The position numbers were made by a program, and so were the translations under genes. The notes beneath the pieces are model-generated. The model searched no databases. It saw only the letters and a list, made by a program, of their open reading frames with translations, and was not told the origin of the DNA. Positions 37,005 through 39,322 of a stretch of 39,322 bases of DNA are shown here, in pieces; the stretch's first letter is position 1, and every line of letters begins with the position of its first letter. This DNA comes from Pyrinomonadaceae bacterium (GTDB lineage Bacteria > Acidobacteriota > Blastocatellia > Pyrinomonadales > Pyrinomonadaceae). The stretch covers positions 1-39,322 of the forward strand of contig JBAVPI010000698.1 of assembly GCA_049692915.1 (NCBI GenBank). Reading direction: 5' to 3'.

Positions 37005-37254
37005 CCCTTCCTAAATAGTCTGTGTCCATTATCACTCTTCTACACTATAGATTTAGGATGCCGGGACAGTAAAACAGTATCTTTAGGCTGCAAAATCCAT
37101 TGTAGCTACAGCGTTAACTGTAATAATGAAAATAATCAAAACTTGCCAGATAACTGCTGAAGTCAAGAAAACTATCTGTTGACAAATAGACCAACTGATA
37201 CGCACTATTCTCCCTAACAGTCAGCATATATTCTAAGGAGAAGCCAAAAGACTT

Positions 37255-37497
37255 ATGACCTTACCGAAAGTCGTGCTTGATTTCCTTGCCAACAATGCAA
37301 AACAAGCTAATGTCACTCAACCAGACGCAGATGACAACCTCTTCAAGATAGGGGTACTCGACAGTTTTAATGTGGTTGATTTGGTTTCTATACTAGAAGA
37401 GGAATGTGGGATCGAGGTACCAGATGTGGATGTAAATGCCACGAACTTTCAAAGTATTAAGGCAATAGTCCATTACGTTGAATCGCAAAAGGGTTGA
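37255..37497 (+). CDS. Acyl/peptidyl carrier protein (ACP-like)
   Basis: 80 aa. The phosphopantetheine-attachment type motif is KIGVLDSFNVVDLVSILEEECGIEV (DSF in the DSL position). The AAGGAG is rather distant, 14 nt upstream. Confidence 0.72.
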   Translation: MTLPKVVLDFLANNAKQANVTQPDADDNLFKIGVLDSFNVVDLVSILEEECGIEVPDVDVNATNFQSIKAIVHYVESQKG

Positions 37498-38510
37498 TTT
37501 CGGTGAGCGCATACATCATAGGTTCAGGGATGCATCTTCCCGAACGCATCGTTACCAATGAGGAGATTGCTGGAAGCTTGGGCCTTGAGCCAGAATATAT
37601 TTTCAAGTCCTCCGGCATACGTCGTCGCCGGTGGGCGGCACTTGGCACAACTACAAGCTCGATGGCTAGTGCTGCGCTCATGCAAGCGTTCGACGACGCG
37701 CGTGTCGCTGCCGAAGACGTGGATTACCTGCTGTTCGGTACAATGACGCCTGATCGCTTCATTCCGGGTAGCGCCCCTTCTGTCCAGAAACATTTGGGGC
37801 TTCGTGAGATTCCTTGTTTGGATATTCGCGCCACGTGCTGCAATGCGCTTTATGGCTTACAGATCGCAAAGTCGCTTGTTACAAGTGGTGTTGCGCACTG
37901 TGTTGCCATCTGTTTGGCTGAAATCCAGTCCACATGGCTAGAGCTTTCACCACAGGGTGGCACAATTTCTATGCTTTTCGGCGATGGTGCGTCGGCAATC
38001 ATCGTCTCGAATGAACCACGAGACAATGCACTTGAAATTTTGGATGTGCATATCGCTACGGATGGCGCTTACGTTGATCACCTAGGAATTCGCCGTCCTG
38101 GCACAGAATTCGGTACGACGCAAGCGCGTAGCCGGAACGAGGACGCCAGCGAATATGCTGCGCACATGAATGGTCAATCTGTTATTCTTCAAGCTTCGCG
38201 TAAAATGGTCACTGCCTGCCAAACAGTGCTTGAGCGCAATAGTCTGACAGCAGCAGCTATGCGCTGGGTAGTTCCACATCAGGCAAACTCAAATATTATA
38301 GCGAGAGTTGTGAGGGACATACATTTCCCGACGGATAAGGGAGGCGTAATCAATATTCTGGAGGACACTGGAAATACCTCTTCAGCTTCAATGGGAATAG
38401 CACTTGATATGCTACGGCGCTCGGCCAACATTCGGCCCAACGATTATCTCTTGCTTCCGGCTTTTGGCGCAGGATTCACTTGGGGTGCAGGGCTTTGCCA
38501 TGCTCTATGA
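37494..38510 (+). CDS. FabH-like beta-ketoacyl-ACP synthase III (KAS III family)
   Basis: IIGSGMHLPERIVTNEEI. Cys in DIRATCCNALYGL, His in VVPHQANSNI, Asn in DTGNTSSASMG. That is the complete Cys-His-Asn triad pattern. The TTG start overlaps the ACP stop (TTGA). An alternative GTG lies at 37503. Confidence 0.88.
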   Translation: MISVSAYIIGSGMHLPERIVTNEEIAGSLGLEPEYIFKSSGIRRRRWAALGTTTSSMASAALMQAFDDARVAAEDVDYLLFGTMTPDRFIPGSAPSVQKHLGLREIPCLDIRATCCNALYGLQIAKSLVTSGVAHCVAICLAEIQSTWLELSPQGGTISMLFGDGASAIIVSNEPRDNALEILDVHIATDGAYVDHLGIRRPGTEFGTTQARSRNEDASEYAAHMNGQSVILQASRKMVTACQTVLERNSLTAAAMRWVVPHQANSNIIARVVRDIHFPTDKGGVINILEDTGNTSSASMGIALDMLRRSANIRPNDYLLLPAFGAGFTWGAGLCHAL

Positions 38511-38595
38511 GCGGAAACCCATCCCTTGTTTATAGTGGCTTAACGACTGAGTTAATAGACTTGAATGAAGGGGAATTGTCTAGCAAGAAAATCTG

Positions 38596-39207
38596 TCAGG
38601 TAAACAAGGAAAGGTTATGAGGTTTAGGCGGATAGAATAAACCTATGATAATCCAATTTTTGGGGTGGCGGTGAACTGTACCAACATAGAAGTGCGTGTC
38701 GTTCCGCTCAATCATTTCCTTCTCGAACCTCTGGCGAAACTTAGCCTCCCATTCATCGCCATAATCTCTTGACCATCTTCGCCATGCTTGCGCCATCTCC
38801 CAGTCCGTACAATGAAGCGCGTGGCCTCTACATGCGTCGTCGTCACAGCTAAAGAGGTAATGAAAATCGTAAGGAATTTTCTCTAGTTCTTCTTGCGGTT
38901 GTCGATCGAATAGTTTGCCGTGGCGGAGCATGTCAAGTTGCCCCTGTGTCCATGTAGGGCTTGCAGCAGTAATGCGTAATCGTTTTATTACATTTGGGCG
39001 AAAGAATCCTAATGTCGGCTGATTGTGCGCGTCTCGCTCTCTTTGTAACTGGCATAGAGAGCGAGCGCGTAGCGGTTCAACAATATCTTTTCTGGCTTGC
39101 CATTCGTTATCAGTAGGTAGTGTTTCTGAGATGATTTTAATTGACTGAATACTTGGGGTGTAGCTTTCTGGTCGGGCGTCTGCCGCTGTTTTAGTGCGCG
39201 GATTCAT
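38596..39207 (-). CDS. Hypothetical 203-aa protein (Cys/His cluster CDDDACRGHALHC)
   Basis: A clean ORF convergent with the KAS III gene. The C-terminus THFYVGTVHRHPKNWIIIGLFYPPK looks like a conserved family, but I cannot name it. Confidence 0.65.
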   Translation of the reverse strand: MNPRTKTAADARPESYTPSIQSIKIISETLPTDNEWQARKDIVEPLRARSLCQLQRERDAHNQPTLGFFRPNVIKRLRITAASPTWTQGQLDMLRHGKLFDRQPQEELEKIPYDFHYLFSCDDDACRGHALHCTDWEMAQAWRRWSRDYGDEWEAKFRQRFEKEMIERNDTHFYVGTVHRHPKNWIIIGLFYPPKPHNLSLFT

Positions 39208-39247
39208 ATACTAAGTGCAACACGCTTTCCTGTAGTGGAGGTGAGCC

Positions 39248-39322
39248 GTGATACTGACGAAGATTCTCAACCACGACGAAGAGGATATTCGCCATGACGT
39301 ACCACCAACTCACCCCCGAGGA
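39248..39322 (+). CDS. 5' end of an ORF running off the right edge (frame uncertain)
   Basis: The GTG at 39248 has GGAGG 6 nt upstream and is open to the edge. An alternative ATG at 39294 (MTYHQLTPE) in another frame has GAGGA 7 nt upstream. The stretch is too short to decide. Confidence 0.25.
   Translation, partial: MILTKILNHDEEDIRHDVPPTHPRG

Larger units (their letters stand above)
16578..39322. mobile_element. Integrated genomic island (integrative, possibly mobilisable element) inserted in comM; the right end lies beyond the window
   Basis: Composition changes abruptly where comM homology ends (about 16.57-16.61 kb). A serine integrase sits at the junction. Further in are IS remnants, orphan MTases, DUF932, TraD-like ATPases and an Xis-like gene. 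The left boundary is approximate to within a few tens of bp. Confidence 0.8.

Noticed and set aside
16578-39322. Prophage interpretation of the island
   Set aside because: No terminase, portal, capsid, tail, lysis or repressor/antirepressor set is visible in 22.7 kb. The gene content (TraD-like ATPases, Replic_Relax, DUF932, orphan MTases) points to an integrative or mobilisable element. The part beyond the window is unknown.

Overview
The window has two parts. (1) Bases 1 to about 16.58 kb are visibly high-GC bacterial core chromosome. It carries selA (open at the left edge), a membrane-anchored ankyrin-repeat protein, a CspA-family gene, an M23 peptidase, an ECF sigma / double zf-HC2 anti-sigma / B-box membrane protein operon, a UPF0104 (LPG-synthase-TM-like) membrane protein, nrdR-hsp20-lon, an MltD-like LysM lytic transglycosylase, and comM/yifB. 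(2) From about 16.58 kb to the right edge (at least 22.7 kb) lies lower-GC, compositionally mosaic mobile DNA. It is inserted inside comM next to a 508-aa large serine recombinase, and the 3' part of comM is not in the window. The island shows no phage structural genes, no VirB4/T4SS genes and no classical MOB relaxase. It does carry the following. (a) A 1065-aa soluble fusion of an unknown N-domain, a TraD/VirD4-type P-loop ATPase and a Replication-relaxation (PD-(D/E)xK-like) C-domain, followed by a heavily decayed stand-alone Replication-relaxation pseudogene. (b) An AT-rich stretch with a MITE- or inverton-like 18-bp inverted-repeat element, a zinc-ribbon mini-gene, an Xis-like HTH gene and a 44-aa hyper-acidic peptide gene. 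(c) Abutting IS256- and IS3-family transposase remnants. (d) A 503-aa protein whose C-terminal half looks like a nucleoside 2-deoxyribosyltransferase-type Rossmann domain. (e) A six-gene operon: DPPY MTase, SPPY MTase, a second TraD-like ATPase, two Cys-rich mini-proteins and DUF932. (f) A very AT-rich islet encoding a 4-TM protein. (g) A secreted protein / YARHG protein pair. (h) An XRE regulator followed by an ACP + FabH-like KAS III pair. The best candidates for something undescribed are the translocase-nuclease fusion with its split, decaying paralogue set, the MTase-MTase-ATPase-Zn-Zn-DUF932 operon, and the 503-aa IS-flanked protein. All domain calls come from motif recognition by eye. 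No database search was run, and GC statements are visual estimates. No tRNA, rRNA or CRISPR array was seen.
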